From assembly GCF_018977255.1 (NCBI RefSeq), contig NW_024704743.1, forward strand, positions 111,850,001 through 111,914,000: DNA of 64,000 bases. The letters are read 5' to 3'. Below the pieces are notes generated by a model. The model was not told where the DNA came from and made no database searches. It worked only from the letters and a program-made list of their open reading frames with translations. The translations under genes and the position numbers were made by a program. The stretch's first letter is position 1, and every line of letters starts with the position of its first letter. The DNA comes from Callorhinchus milii (taxonomy: Eukaryota). Positions 23,791-36,790 of the stretch are shown in pieces.

Positions 23791-26700
23791 CACGTAAACA
23801 TATAGCAGTGCAGCTATTATAACTTTATACAGTATGGGCCTCCCTTGATGTCTCAATACATAGATTCTCATCGTGACTGCGGCAACATTCAGTGAAATTA
23901 GAGGAAAGAGAGTCTTTTGTGAAGCCTCTTTCTTGCAAACTTGGAGTGATTGACATTTCCGGCAGTCTTTTTGGGCCACTATGTCCGAAAGTTGTCATCT
24001 ACACCGACAATTACAAAGGTTTGGAAAGGGCGGACTTAGTGAGTCTGCATTCCAGGGTCCACTCAACATACCAATGTCTACTTTGAAGATTAAGAGCATT
24101 TTCCTCTCTTTGATTCCATACAAAGAACATGCAGAAATCAACTGTGGCTTTAACTGGTTAAAAACAAAAATCCACATACAGTGATGTTTGATCCTCTCCA
24201 CTCTCCTCCAGCACCCACAGGGGGGTGGGGGAGTCTAATGCAGTGATCTTTTCTGACCACGCAGCTATTCAGACTGCTCCAATCACTGAGGTGGAAGTGA
24301 CCAAATCCTCTCTGCTTACTTATTAATAATGCACCAATACCTCTGCCCACCACACTGCTCTTTGCTTTATCTTTATACAAAAAAATTTAGACTGTAATAT
24401 ATCTTGTTATAGAATGGGCTGAAAATTTTATTTATTAATAATGCTGAAGACTCTGGTACTGTCTTAAAAAGAGTTAACTAATCTACATAAGCTGAAATTC
24501 ATCAACATTATCCCAAGCAGACAAACGACAGTTCTATCAGGTCCATTTCATAGCATGAGGGATTACCACAGACAATCTAATCCTACTGAACCTGAGGGAG
24601 GTAAGTTACTTGTATCTGAAATCCTGGCCACTATGAACAAGAAGGTTAAATAGGTACCTTGGTCTGTAATCAAATGTCACAGTCATGACTTATCTATTCA
24701 CAGAAAACTAATGTTCAAAATCAATTAGGGCACATTAGTATGTCTTTCCTTTCTGACCCTACATACAGTGAGGTAGACAGTACAAAGTGAATGACCGCAT
24801 CTGAAAACAACTGTTCAAAGGATTGGCCAGTGTTTGAAAACCTCCAATGATAGAGTTGACTTTGTTGACAAACCAGGGGTGGAGTAAGAGGGGTAAAATT
24901 AAGGCTGAGATATTTGGAAAGTGAAATCCGTGAATCTGCTGCAAGGACTTTTGTGGTTCTCACACTGTAGGTTTGTGGCAAAGGGATGAAATCCAAAGCT
25001 CATGCTGCAATGCTTGTCCACATCTCAGCCATAGAGTTTCCACTTCAAGTTGTAGCTGTAGTCATTAAAACTAAAATATCTCCCCCTAACTCTCTCCCCC
25101 TCAACTCCCTGTCATAATTGACCTACGGGCGACTGAAGTGAAGTGAACAAGCACTCCACTGCTGTAGAGATCTACTTGTTAACCAGGTTTAAATCCCCAG
25201 GAAAATTGCCGCGGCTCCTACAGCTCTTTGTTCCCTGCAGGGAGAAGTTCCCTTTGGTGGTCTGGGGGTGAACACCCCATACTCCTTTTCATACCTGTCA
25301 TCCTGAATAGACTTCACAGTCTGTGCACACAGACAAACGGTCTGACCTGTCCAGCAAGCCTGACCTCGAGGCAGGAAGAAGAACACATCTGGTTATTAAT
25401 ATTGGGCATTATCAAATGTAATCTTCAAATGCACCGGAGGAAAGGACAGCAATTACACGGCATGCATCAAATGTCAATCAGCGAACAGCCCAGACCAAGG
25501 CTTTGCCCTGAAGTGCTGAAATGACCATCTGCTTGTGACCGTGAGGGATAAAGAAAGTTTTGTTAATATCCAGGCAGATTAGTGAAAAGCCTAGTCCAAA
25601 CTCTCTCCCCCCACCCCACTCCCAGCCTGTTCTATCCGGCAGCACACTGCACTTGTCTGTCCTTATGCTGTAATTATTATTTCACGCTGACCCTCCTGAA
25701 AGATTTTTTCATTGTCATTTATCTGATTCATACGTGAAAGCTGATATGATTAGAATAATCTGGGGGTTTTCACAAAGAAAAAGAGAACNAAAAAAACAGT
25801 GAGAGCCTGTGCCAAAAAGACACATATTTCTTCAACTTTACAACACATATTTTGCAGTGTTTTTTTTTGGTTGGGGGAAGGAAGAGAAAGGAATGATTTT
25901 TATTCATATTTGTGATTTCCACAATAGATTTCAGTTCAGCAGCTTTTAAAGCAACTCTGTTGCCTGGCACCAGTTTGCCAAATCGATAAGAAAAGTCAAT
26001 TTAAATTATTAAAAGCTCTGATTTTTCACATATCCAGACAGCAAGACTCTAGGCTGAACAAATCAACAAGTTTAAAAATCTTGTAATTAGCATCAATCTC
26101 CACCACCCTACCCCGTACCACGACACACACATGCAAACACGCACACAGACACAAACACTCACACACACTTTCCAATTTCACATCACACAATGGACTTATG
26201 CAAATATGGTAACCACATTGTCTTGACCTTTTTGCAGTCAAGTTGGGACAATGGCAGTGCAATAATTGGAATCTCCTACATCTAAGATGTTTGATTTAAA
26301 TTAAGAAATTGGTGCAAGACTATTCAAATGAGAATAATACGGCTTCAGTGTTAATAACATGCCACTCAATGCGTCAACAGCTTCTGCTAATATGCACAGA
26401 TCGGATCTAGCTCCATTTTGCACTGCAGGTCTGCTCTCGGTGGCTGTTTCCTCATCCGTATCGTTTGCAATGCCAAACAATGGGGCTATCATCCATATCA
26501 TGGATAATGAGGGAGTCCAGACATGGCTCCCTCAGGAGAACATTACACGAAAAGTCACCCGAGGACCCAACCTCGCCTATGTCCCTTTGCTAAGGATAAA
26601 GACAGGCCAGGCACATAGGCCAGGCAGAATCTCAAACCGAATATGCAGGAGGCATTCTGGAATCCAGACAGACTATTCTGCTTCACTGATGACAGATGCA

Positions 26701-27829
26701 GATATAGAGAATGGCGTAATTAATCAGTTCATTGCTTCCAACTCACAGCCAAAAAAGACAGAGGACACCTCAAGTAAAAATACTCAGGCTCACAAGCCCA
26801 GCTGATAAACAGGTGCTGCATGGTATTTGAATTTCCTGCAAAGGACGCTTGCTTGTCAGTCACAAAAGCCAACCTTGAGAATTCTTCATCTTAAATGGCC
26901 CAAATAAAGCACTGTAAACACAGTTGTGAAATATCTACTAAAAGGAATTTGATGTTTGTTTCACACCCATGCAGACCCAGATTCAAGCACACATTTTCGT
27001 GTGCACAAAAGCTGAGTATCTTCACACACGTTTCTGCTGTAAATATGTTCCTCACAGGCCACCGAATATTCAGTTCACACACACATAGATTTCCTCGAGC
27101 CGGCAACAGATACGTGCTTGAAGGTGCTCAGGCAGGTGATGAGCTGCAACAAAGATTACTGACAAAATAACATTCACGCTGCCCTCTAACAGGTGCCAAT
27201 TCAAATGCCTGCTGGGGGATCTGTGTTTTCCTGTGCTGAACAGGGCACTTTACGTGGCTTAAATCAGTACACAGTGAGTGAGCTGATGAAAATCCATCTC
27301 TCCACGTCTGATCAGACACCTCCCACCAACTAACAAAAAGATGCATTGGAGACAATAGTCCTGATACTGGATAGATTGTGATCTTCGTCCAATGCTGAAG
27401 TGCAATGCTCGTTAATAGTCCATGTTGTATCCTTCCTTTGCTTTGCATTCTAGGGAGTTATTCCTAGAGGCTTGGAAGATAGATATCTCAATACAAATTG
27501 GGAACTAAAATGTTCAGTGCAAAATCTTATCCCTACAAAATATACATTTTGCCACAGAAGTTACCCCATTCTGTAACACTGCAAGTAAAGACAACATAGA
27601 CATCTAACAATAGTTCCAGCTCAATCTATTTGCAGCCTTAAACTTAATTTCTATAGTCATTTATATATCCTTTGGATAAATATTCTGTGAAGCTTTATGT
27701 GTAAAGCCTTTGACAACGCGTGATTATTTGGGGAAATCCCATTAAGATCCGATGTTGCCAAATGTGTTGCACAGAACTCTGAATCGAGTTTTTACGCCAA
27801 TGCAAGCATCCATAAACCAACTAGTCAGT

Positions 27830-28005
27830 CGCTTCCTGGCTGTTTGTGGGAACATTGCTGTGTGCAATTTGGCTGCTGATTTTGCTCACAAAATACACAG
27901 TTACTCCACTTCACAGTATATCCGTTGAAGAGTTTTGAGATGTTCTTCTAATGTAAACGATGCAAGCATTCAAGAATTATAGTAATAATAATAATTATTA
28001 TTATT
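27830..28005 (+). mobile_element. SINE 3' fragment
   Basis: GGCTGTTTGTGGGAACATTGCTGTGTGCAATTTGGCTGCTG... followed by an (ATA/TTA)n tail. Confidence 0.7.
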
Positions 28006-28766
28006 GGAAACCCACCTAGGCTATTTTTCCAAATTACAAATCTCTCCTAAGAGAAAACCAGTGTGGGTTGGAGGTGAGGTTCTACAGGGAACACATTGAA
28101 TGTCAACACAATACAGCCCTAGTTCAAACACTGAACTGTTCCGTTTCAACTAACATTTCTTTACCTGGGAATAACGATCACAGAGGAGTGTAAGGAAAGG
28201 ATGCTGCTGACTATGTAAAGTTTGTGTTAGTTAATGTTTTGCCAATGAAGGGGGATGGATTGATAGAATTACTGTTTCATTTCATGGAAATGCGAGCCAA
28301 ATTTTATTTCAATTAAAAGCAGCTTATCACTCTTACTTTCTGGCAAGAGTCCTGTGCAGAGCGACGCAGAATTCTGACTGTATATTGAGATGGACGTTCA
28401 GTAGGTGTGTGAGGGGGGGATCAATAAAGAGTTATCCCTTACTGCAATGCAACTTGCTATGTTTGGCTGACTATTGTGGTATCTCTATTCCACTGGAAGT
28501 CACTACACTCCCAACTAAAGATTGCCAAATTGCCTCAAGGCAGCTGTTCAGCCAGCCAGTGAACTGTCAGTTCTGTCAATGAGACGCATTGGTGGCAAGT
28601 TATTTAGGATCTGATTTAGGTGATCCACAGCCATTAAATTACCCAGAACATCGTCCTGCTGAAATTGGTGCAGAGCTGGGCAATGAACACCGTATTTGAA
28701 TATATAAAAATGAATGCCTTTTTTCCCCATTCAATTTCTGTGACTTGTTGTTTCCCACTATAGTTT

Positions 28767-29140
28767 GTCAGCCTGATGCAGTCGGTAGCACTCCCGACTC
28801 TGAATTAGAAGTTAATGGGTTCAAGCCCTGCGCCATTATCTTGAGCTCAAAGTCTAGGCTGACACTCCAGTGCAGTACTGGGCATTTTTTGAGAGATGTC
28901 AGGTGAGACATAAACCAAGGTCCCGTCTTCCTGTTCAGGTGAACGTTAAAGATCCCTTGGCACTATTCAAAAAGAGAGGGGAGTTTTTCCCGCTGAGCTG
29001 GTTAACAATCCCTAAGACTGGTTATTCACATCATGACTATTTATGAGACATTGCTGCATTCAAATTCACTGCCACATTCGCCTACAAAAGTGCAGTCACT
29101 ACACTTTAGAGTAAATCCTGCAAAGTCCTTTGAGATGTTT
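28767..29140 (+). mobile_element. Long Deu-like SINE, diverged
   Basis: GCAGTCGGTAGCACTCCCGACTCTGAATTAGAAG..GGGTTCAAGCCC..GCTGACACTCCAGTGCAGTACTG..GAGACATAAACCAAGGTCCCGTCT; co-linear with 848-1283. A second head fragment lies at about 29310-29395. Confidence 0.78.
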
Positions 29141-30271
29141 AGGTAATTCCAGTGGTTCCAGAGGTTTCTTGGGCACCCTGCTAATTGAGGAACAGTGATT
29201 AATAATCATTCGATGGCATTTGATACGTGCCATATTTGAACATAGCAAAATACAGCTACCTATCCCCATTTAATTTCCGTTTCTTATTCCTTCCTCGCTA
29301 TATTGTGGGCCAGTCTGGCGCAGTCGGTAGGACTCTCGCCTCTAAGTTAGAAGGTTTTGAATTCAAGCCCCATGTGACGATCTTGAGTCCATGATTTTGT
29401 GACAATGCATCCTAGCGAATGATTATTATTCACCATTCCCCAATTAGAAGTGTTCAGAGGAAACATGGTCCCTGCTTCTGAAACCACTGTAATTGTTTGC
29501 ACACCCCTTCTGTGGGAAGCTCCTCAACTCCACACATTAACCAGTAACTTACCGCTGAATTGTATTATTTTAAAAAAGATTACACAACACCAGATAAAAT
29601 AAAGTGGCACATTTCCTATCCGGAATTCAAAACCAAATAAACCAGGACCCCCAGAGAGGGATATCAGTTCATGAATACTACACCTAAAAGTTATTTTAAT
29701 TAAGTTAATTTCTATCTCAAAGTAGACTATTCGAATGTCCAAAGTGATGGCGGCAAAATTCAAATAACTTAGGATGCCTTTTATTTCCTGTCACAGTTTG
29801 CAGGAATTAATAACGAGCTGAATAATCTGATGTAATACCAGAACATTCATAAAAGGGCTGACTGTCAAAAAGCTTTTAGCAACTAATTTATCATTTATGC
29901 ATTGTTTTTATTTAAAATCAGCTAAAGCAGACCTGTATGAACAAGAAACCAAGCCACTCTGCTCCCTCAAACATTATATCTTACTACCACCATGACGGAT
30001 GAGTCTTCACTTCTCAGTAATTTGGTAAGAGGAGTACCTTCAGACAGCCCAGAAACACTGTTTTGAAGCATTTCACGTCACTCGCGTTCAAAATTAACGA
30101 TATGGACTTCACCTACAAACTCTGGCCCAAATCCTCCCGCTTCAGCTCTGTCTCTCACCTTGTAAATTTTCTTGGCTAGGACTTTAATGCTCCACCAATG
30201 TCATTCGATCTTTGTGATAGCTAAAATTTAAATTAATTTTACATTGCAGCTTCACCTGCGTGCATCTGTTC

Positions 30272-30275
<4 letters not shown>

Positions 30276-30306
<31 letters not shown>
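30276..30306. repeat. (TA)n microsatellite
   Basis: TATATATA... run seen directly. Confidence 0.95.
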
Positions 30307-30317
<11 letters not shown>

Positions 30318-30359
30318 AAGCTCCTAGCTTTGTTGAAACCTTGCTTGCAATTCTGCTCC

Positions 30360-30545
30360 TGTTCTCTGGATTTCCAACTTGGAGTCCCTCCAACTTTCTC
30401 CCTCCCCTCATTCAAGGCCCATCTCAAATCGTAGCTTTCTGATTGTGTTTTTGGTCATCTTTCCCCTCCCCACCCCAGCCAGCAGTATGAAGCACTTTTG
30501 AGACGTGCTCCTGAGGTGAAAAGCACTATATAAATGTAAATTGGA
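30360..30545 (+). mobile_element. L2 3' end fragment
   Basis: CATTCAAGGCCCATCTCAAA..TTTGAGACGTGCTCCTGAGGTGAAAAGCACTATATAAATG. Confidence 0.6.
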
Positions 30546-30707
30546 TTGTTTTATATCTTTCATTCCAGGGGAAACAAGTTCTACAAGGTGCCGGGAGGGA
30601 GAGACTGTGGTCTACTCCTGCGGTGTGCCAACAGCTTGGAAATATCAACAGAATGTCATAATAGAACAAGCCTTTCCAGGCCTTCTAGGAAGCTGAAATC
30701 CCCATTA

Positions 30708-30732
30708 ACACACACACACACACACACACACA
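30708..30732. repeat. (CA)n microsatellite
   Basis: ACACACAC... run seen directly. Confidence 0.95.
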
Positions 30733-31039
30733 ATACGAGTTTCTGCTTCTGTCAAAACATGTCACTTTCTGTGTTCTGGGACTGACTCTCCTACAATTGA
30801 CCTTGGAAGACAGATATGAGATGTCCTGTGGATATCAGCTCCCAATGGTGGAAAATCAATGTGAAAAATGCTTAGACAGTCCATGGCACAACGGTAGATG
30901 CACCTTCCAAACTACCCTTCCCCCAATCATCTTCTCCTCTCCTAAAGCTGGTGACTCATGCTGGGTACAGTTCCCAACACAACAGCGACCCGCCAGTACC
31001 TCATGCAAGTGACTGTTCGCCACATTTGAGACTATTAAG

Positions 31040-31440
31040 AATAATCCTTGCACTTGATAAAGCGCCTTAACACAGTGAAATGCCTCAAAAGCATTTCAGA
31101 AGTTTTAAGTGTAGACACTATGTTTTTGTAGTTGAAACCAGCAGCCAATTTGCACAATCAATATCCCACAAACATCCAGGAGATGACTGACCAAGTTAAC
31201 CAGGGGATTGTTGGCCAGAAGAACAGCAGAAACTCCCTTCTCTTTTTAAATGGTGTTGTGGATTTTTTAATGTCCACTGTGACAGGTAGACAGGTCCTCT
31301 GTGTAATTTCCCATCAGGAAGACAACAGCTCTAACAATCTAGTATAGTCCCAGGACTACACTGAAGTATCAGCATAGACTATGTGCTGCTCAATGGCCAG
31401 ACATGGGACTTGAACTCACAAACGTTTGACCCAGAAGCAA
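31040..31440 (-). mobile_element. Long Deu-like SINE, diverged
   Basis: ATAATCCTTGCACTTGATAAAGCGCC...GCAGCCAATTTGCAC...GGGACTTGAACTCACAAAC; co-linear with 36033-36418. Confidence 0.7.
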
Positions 31441-32139
31441 CCATCAATTCAACCATAGTAGTAGTTGCTGAGTAGTAACCTGAGGTCCTACATTTCTCAT
31501 GATTTTAACTATGGTAACATTATCTTAAACTTTTAGATTGTGCAAAATTTCTGAAAATCTTAAATTCCGTCTTAAATTGGCAACCGGTTACCCAGACTAT
31601 GTTTTTTAAAAATCACCTAGGAAAGCGTCTTCGGAATTCCAACAACATTTATTTATTTACAAAATTAGTCATATTATTAAGACAATGTTTTACTTATTAA
31701 TAATAACAATTCTTGTATTTGATGTAGCGCCTCTCATGTTGGGAGGGCATCTCAAAGTGCTTCAAAGGATTTAACTGCAAAATCGCTGTGTCTGTGTTTT
31801 GTAGGCAAACACAGCAGCTAACTATCGTACAGCAATAAGGATCAGACAATGAGTAATTTAGGGCCCTCGGGGTGAATTTCATCCCCCATGTCCTAGGACA
31901 ATGAAATCAACAGTAGTCAGACCCTGATTGAGCTCAGTAAAGAGACAGGGATCAAACCAGGCTTCCAGGGCTGTATAGACCCAGTTTCATATACCACAAG
32001 ACAGTTTTGGAGAAACCATGGGCATCACATAATTACATATGCATCTTCCATCACTGTTATAAAGGAAGATTATTAATTCTTAGAATATATAGATGCATGG
32101 ATTGGGAGTAAAAAAATGGACCTGGGCAATTCAATACAA

Positions 32140-32930
32140 TTGACACTTGTAAGCAAAATAGGAAGAATGAGCAGAGGCAATATAAGCTAATGATAGAATC
32201 TTAAAGAGGGTGAAGGAACAGAGAGACTTGGGTGTTCACATACGTAAATCTTTGAAGGTGGCAGGGCAGGTAGATAAAGCTGTTAAAAAAACATACGGGA
32301 TACTAGGCTTTATAAATAGGGGCATAGAATACAAAAGTCAGGAAGTTATCATGAACCTTTATAAAACATTGGCTAGGTCTCAGCTAGAGTACTATATTCA
32401 GTTTTGGGCACCACACTTTAGGAAGGATGTCAAGGTATTGGAGAGGGTCAAAGGAGATTTACCAGGATGGTACCAGGAATGAGGGACTTCAGTTATCAGG
32501 AGAGGCTAGAGAAGCTAAGATTATTCTTCTTGGAGCAAAGAAGGTTAAGTGAGGACTTCATAGAAGTTTTCAAAATTATGAGGGGATTCGATAGGGTGAA
32601 CAAGGAGAAACTATTTCCACTGGCGGGAGGGTCGGTAACCAGAAGACACTGATTTAAAATAGTTGTTAAGTGAAACAGAGGGGATGTGAGGAGAAATGTT
32701 TTCACACCCCGAGTTGTTTGGATCTGGAATGCATTGCCTGAAAGGATGGTGGAAGCCGATTCAATAACAACATTTAAGAGAAGTAAATAATTACTTGGGG
32801 AGGACAAGTTTGCAGGGCTGTGCAGAGAGAGTGGGGGAGTGGGATTGAATTGGATAGCTCTTTTCAAAGAGCCGGCACAGACATGATGGGCCGAATGGCC
32901 TCCTTTTGTGGTGTATGATTACGATTCTAC
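32140..32930 (+). mobile_element. CR1-clade LINE 3' fragment (ORF2 C-terminus plus 3' UTR), frameshifted
   Basis: RDLGVHIRKSLKVAGQVDKAVKKTYGILGFINRGIEYKS...LEYYIQFWAPHFRKD and SYQERLEKLRLFFLEQRRLSEDFIEVFKIMRGFDRV; 3' UTR GATGGGCCGAATGGCCTCCTT. Confidence 0.93.
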
Positions 32931-33059
32931 AAAATATCAATTGAATTGGAGGTTAGCAGATTTTCACAATTTGCTTGATTTGTGCTTTGATTTTTTTTCT
33001 CTCCCTCTCCCTTTGCTTGATGCTGTCTCTCACTAATCATTGGTTAAGCACATTCATGT

Positions 33060-33170
33060 GGGAATCTTGCCCCTGAGAGAACGAGGAGACTTTCATCCCA
33101 CCAGTCTTGGCTGGATTGAAGCCCAGCCGCCAGAGGTGAAAGGGCAGTGTGCTAACCACTAGGTGACCTC
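33060..33170 (-). mobile_element. Ancient tRNA-headed SINE 5' fragment (LF-SINE-like head)
   Basis: Minus strand CCTAGTGGTTAGCACACTGCCCTTTCACCTCTGGCGGCTGGGCTTCAATCCAGCC resembles the recalled LF-SINE head motif GCCTTTCACCTCT..GGTTC.AATCCAGCC. Confidence 0.5.
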
Positions 33171-35309
33171 GCCTGTAGTGGAGGTCATTTGGTTTTCAAC
33201 AAAAAAGTTCAGCCTAACATCTTAAAAGAAAGAGCAAGGGGAAACTGAACCAGATTTTGAAGAGAAAAAAAACATATTTTGTCTTTTTCTGATGAGAGAG
33301 AGGCTTGAATTTCCACCTGTTTTCTTTTCTTTCTCAAGTAAGGCTAATTTGTCTTAAAATTCATGGTAGCGCAGAATCGTGGAAAATTCTTAAATCTGGA
33401 AGCCGCTTTTCTCCAGTTCTTTAAAAGGAACAGGCTTCCAAAGTAAAATTGAATTGCAGAATTTTTTTACAATGCTGCACAATCTGAAATTTGAAGTCAA
33501 TATGATCTTGCAGGATAATAGCTGGTGAAATGTTGTGTCTGGGCTTGATGGACATTTGCATGAGCTCCTCATTTTACAGATTAAAGCACTATCTCCCAGC
33601 TTCTATGCCCTCTCCTCTCATTTATACTCTGCAGATTAACAGGCTCCAAAGTAAAATGCCTCCAATTACCCTACCTGAAGGGCACTATATAAACACAAGT
33701 TGCTGTTGTAAGCATGTTAGACTAAAGAGTTACTACACTCAGATTAGAGACAGGTATGGTTAACATATTGTACATTTTACCAAACATCCCGAGTGAAACA
33801 TTACTGTTTCTGCCTGAGTGACAATAAATCACAAGGTGTTTTGTTTGTTGGCACATATGGAAATCCTATCAGCCCATTAAAATGTAGTGTTCTTTTGCCA
33901 AAATCCCATATGCTTTCAGCCCGAAAAGATGAAAAAAAAGGTGTTCAGGTGAAACAGAGGATTTTTTCACAAAGAACAGCAGGAGTACATTGCTAAAAGT
34001 GTCTGAAGACTGCCAGAGATATATATTGACCATCTGCAAAACAGATTTTCATTAAGTAGATCAGTTTAATGTTGTCTCGCACATCACATGACTCCTACCA
34101 TCCATCTCTCAACCTTTAGCCCTTTTCAAACACAGTTTCAGCCCCTGTCATCTTTCAGTGCTGTTGTTCCTTCACAAGAAGCTAAGTAATGTTCTTGAAG
34201 CTGTCCAGTCATAACACAACAACTGCTATTGTTAATCAATAAGCTGTAATTTGATCACAGGAATTCAGATGGTTCTCACAAAACATTTTATTGTGTCTTT
34301 CTCACATATTACTCCTTCCTTTTAAAGAGACTTTTTCTTTTCTAGCTGTATTTTAAAATTGATCTTAACCCCACAGCTCCGAAGAATGTTTAAGGAATCC
34401 TGCTTCACAGCCACAGATAAGAGCAGCCGTGTAATGAATAGAAGTGCATCTCAGAGGTAATTTGGCAATAACAAATGAGTCATTTTGCATTGCTGGGAAA
34501 TAATGGATGTCAGTGCAATGTAATACCATAGCATGTAGCTTTGGAAAGCAGACTGTTTGATTCAACATTTATGTCCAATTTATGATTTATTGTATGTTGC
34601 TCTAAATGGTCTACACCAAGTATTAAAAATAACAGCACCTCACCCATCCCAGAACAGGTGCAATGCCCCATGATCAATATGTGACTAACTCAAGAGCATG
34701 TGTCAATATACAACACACAGAAAATCTCTCTGTGTGGACTCCAAAAAATCTTGTGTGCAAGTAATTTTGTTTAATTGTACTGTAACTCAGAACCACGATC
34801 ATTTTTCCATTTGCTCTGAAAGAACCTATTCAAGAAATGTCCCTGGTGCAGCCTGACTGCTGGCGTGCACGGCTCCCAGATCTTAGTAAGAACTTTAAAA
34901 TGCAGCTGAGATGCCAACTTTCTGATTCCTAAATTCCCCCTACCCCCTTCCCTCCATCCCATCGGCTCCTGGCCAGCCAAGTCGCTCATTTGATGACATT
35001 GCGGAGGCAGGTCTGACTGACTCAGGACAAGGTACGCTGTCAATAGGTGCCTCTGCTGCTGAAAAAATTGCCATGTCTCATATAAAAGACCGTTTGGAGA
35101 AGAGAGTTGGGATATCCATCAAGAGTAACTAGTTTAACAAAATAATCAGGTTCCCATTCACCCGTACAGTTAAGTACACAAAGCACGATCTCAGTTTGTC
35201 TTTGCATAAGCAGTTGAGACTATCCATGGTTTGACAGTTGCTATTCTATCTCATAGTGACTGCTGTCGTCATTCACAGTAACCTGTGCACCAGGTTGTTT
35301 GCCAGCTTG

Positions 35310-35779
35310 TGTACTGTCCCGCACCAGCTTCGCGACCACATCACTCCCACCCTCGCTCGCCTCCACTGGCTTCCCATCCCCCAGAGGATCGAATTCAAGA
35401 TCCTCATCCTCACCTACAAGGCCATTCACGGCCTTGCTCCCTCCTACCTCTCCGACCTACTATTCTCCTACCTACCTCCCCGTACCCTCCGTTCCTCTGG
35501 CTCCGGTCTGCTCCACATCCCCCGCCCCAACTGCCCTACCATCAGTCGCCGGGCCTTCAGCCTCTCAGCCCCTAGGCTCTGGAACTCCATCCCCCAGTGC
35601 CTTCGCCTTGCTTCCTCCCTTTCCGACTTCAAGGCTGGTCTCAAGACCTTTCTCTTTGACCGTGCCTTCAGCTCCCCTCTCAACTCTCTACCTCCTCCTC
35701 GCTCCCTCCCTTCCCTCCCCTCACCCTGACCATTTCCTCCCTGCTCGGGTCCTGACCCAACTGTCCAGTGCCTTGGGAC
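35310..35779 (+). mobile_element. Young 5'-truncated L2-clade LINE
   Basis: LRDHITPTLARLHWLPIPQRIEFKILILTYKAIHGLAPSYLS...RAFSLSAPRLWNSIP...FKAGLKTFLF; near-identical to 42720-43270 in the opposite orientation. Confidence 0.93.
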
Positions 35780-36032
35780 CTATCCTCTTCACATTATAGC
35801 AAAAAATGAATGAAACCATAGAAATGAATCTTAAATGAATCCATGGAAACGTTTTGGAACCCGTTCATAGCTCTTTACATAAAGTAACACTTCCTGATAT
35901 CTGTCCCAAATTGTCCTTCCAAAACTGAAGCTACTCATGTGCATCATTATCTTGCAAAAAGTCTGTAACCTTTTTCTCCGCGGAGGACGTCCACTTTCTA
36001 ATGGAGGTGCCAATTCCACAGTTCAACTGACT

Positions 36033-36418
36033 TATAATCCTTGCATTTGGTGTAGCACCTTTTACACTGGAGGACATCTCAAAACACTTCACAGAGTTTT
36101 ACTGTGAAATGTGGTAACTGTGCAAGCAAACAGTGCAGCTAATTTGCACACAGCAATGTCCCACAAACAGACATGAAGTGAATCAATTTTGTTTGGGGGA
36201 TTTGTGGGCCAGGACACCGGGAGAAACTCCCTTCTCTTTTCAAATAGTGCCATGGGAACTCGGTTTAATGTATCATCTGAAGGACAGCACCTCCGACAAT
36301 GCAGAGCTCCCTCAGCACTGCATTGGAGTGTTAGCCTAGATTATATGAGCTCCAAGTCTCGACTTGGGGTTTGAACGCACAACCTTCTGACTCAGAAACA
36401 AAAGTGCTACCAACTGAC
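36033..36418 (-). mobile_element. Long Deu-like SINE
   Basis: ATAATCCTTGCATTTG...CACAGCAATGTCCCACAAACAG...GGACAGCACCTCCGACAATGCAG..CTCCCTCAGCACTGCATTGGAGTGTTAGCCTAGA...AACCTTCTGACTCAGA..AGTGCTACCAACTGA. Confidence 0.85.
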
Positions 36419-36587
36419 ATCACAACTGTCAACCAATGCCAGATCAGTGGTCGTGGAGTGACAGGAGCCAGTCTGAACCCAGCATGGACCACTCTAAATC
36501 TTTATATCTGAAACCACCTTCTGATTAGTGGAAGTGGTGGAATTAGGGCCTCTTTTTAAGGGGGTAACTGTTCAGTCAATTCTATTC

Positions 36588-36790
36588 AACAATAATAACT
36601 TTCAATTATATAGCGCCCTTCACAAGGGGCAGCGTCTCGGAGTGCTTAATAGTGGCAGTGCCTGACGGCGAGCCGGGAGAAGGGAGGTTACCATAAGCAC
36701 GGTTGAAGAGAAAAGTCTTCAGTCGTGATCTAAAAGAAGGAAAGGAGGGAGCAAGATGGACGGTTTGAGGGAGAGAGTTTCAAAGCATTC
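36588..36790 (-). mobile_element. L2 3' end fragment
   Basis: TATATAGCGCCCTTCACAAGGGG...AAGCACGGTTGAAGAGAAAAGTCTT...GAGGGAGCAAG. Confidence 0.65.

Noticed and set aside
26359..26805. 148-aa plus-strand ORF
   Set aside because: No recognisable domain or splice context; within chance for 64 kb.
31445..31480. TAC TAC TAT run on the minus strand resembling the Tyr-Tyr-Tyr of the next ZFHX4 finger
   Set aside because: The flanking codons give NYYYG with no CxxC; not an exon.
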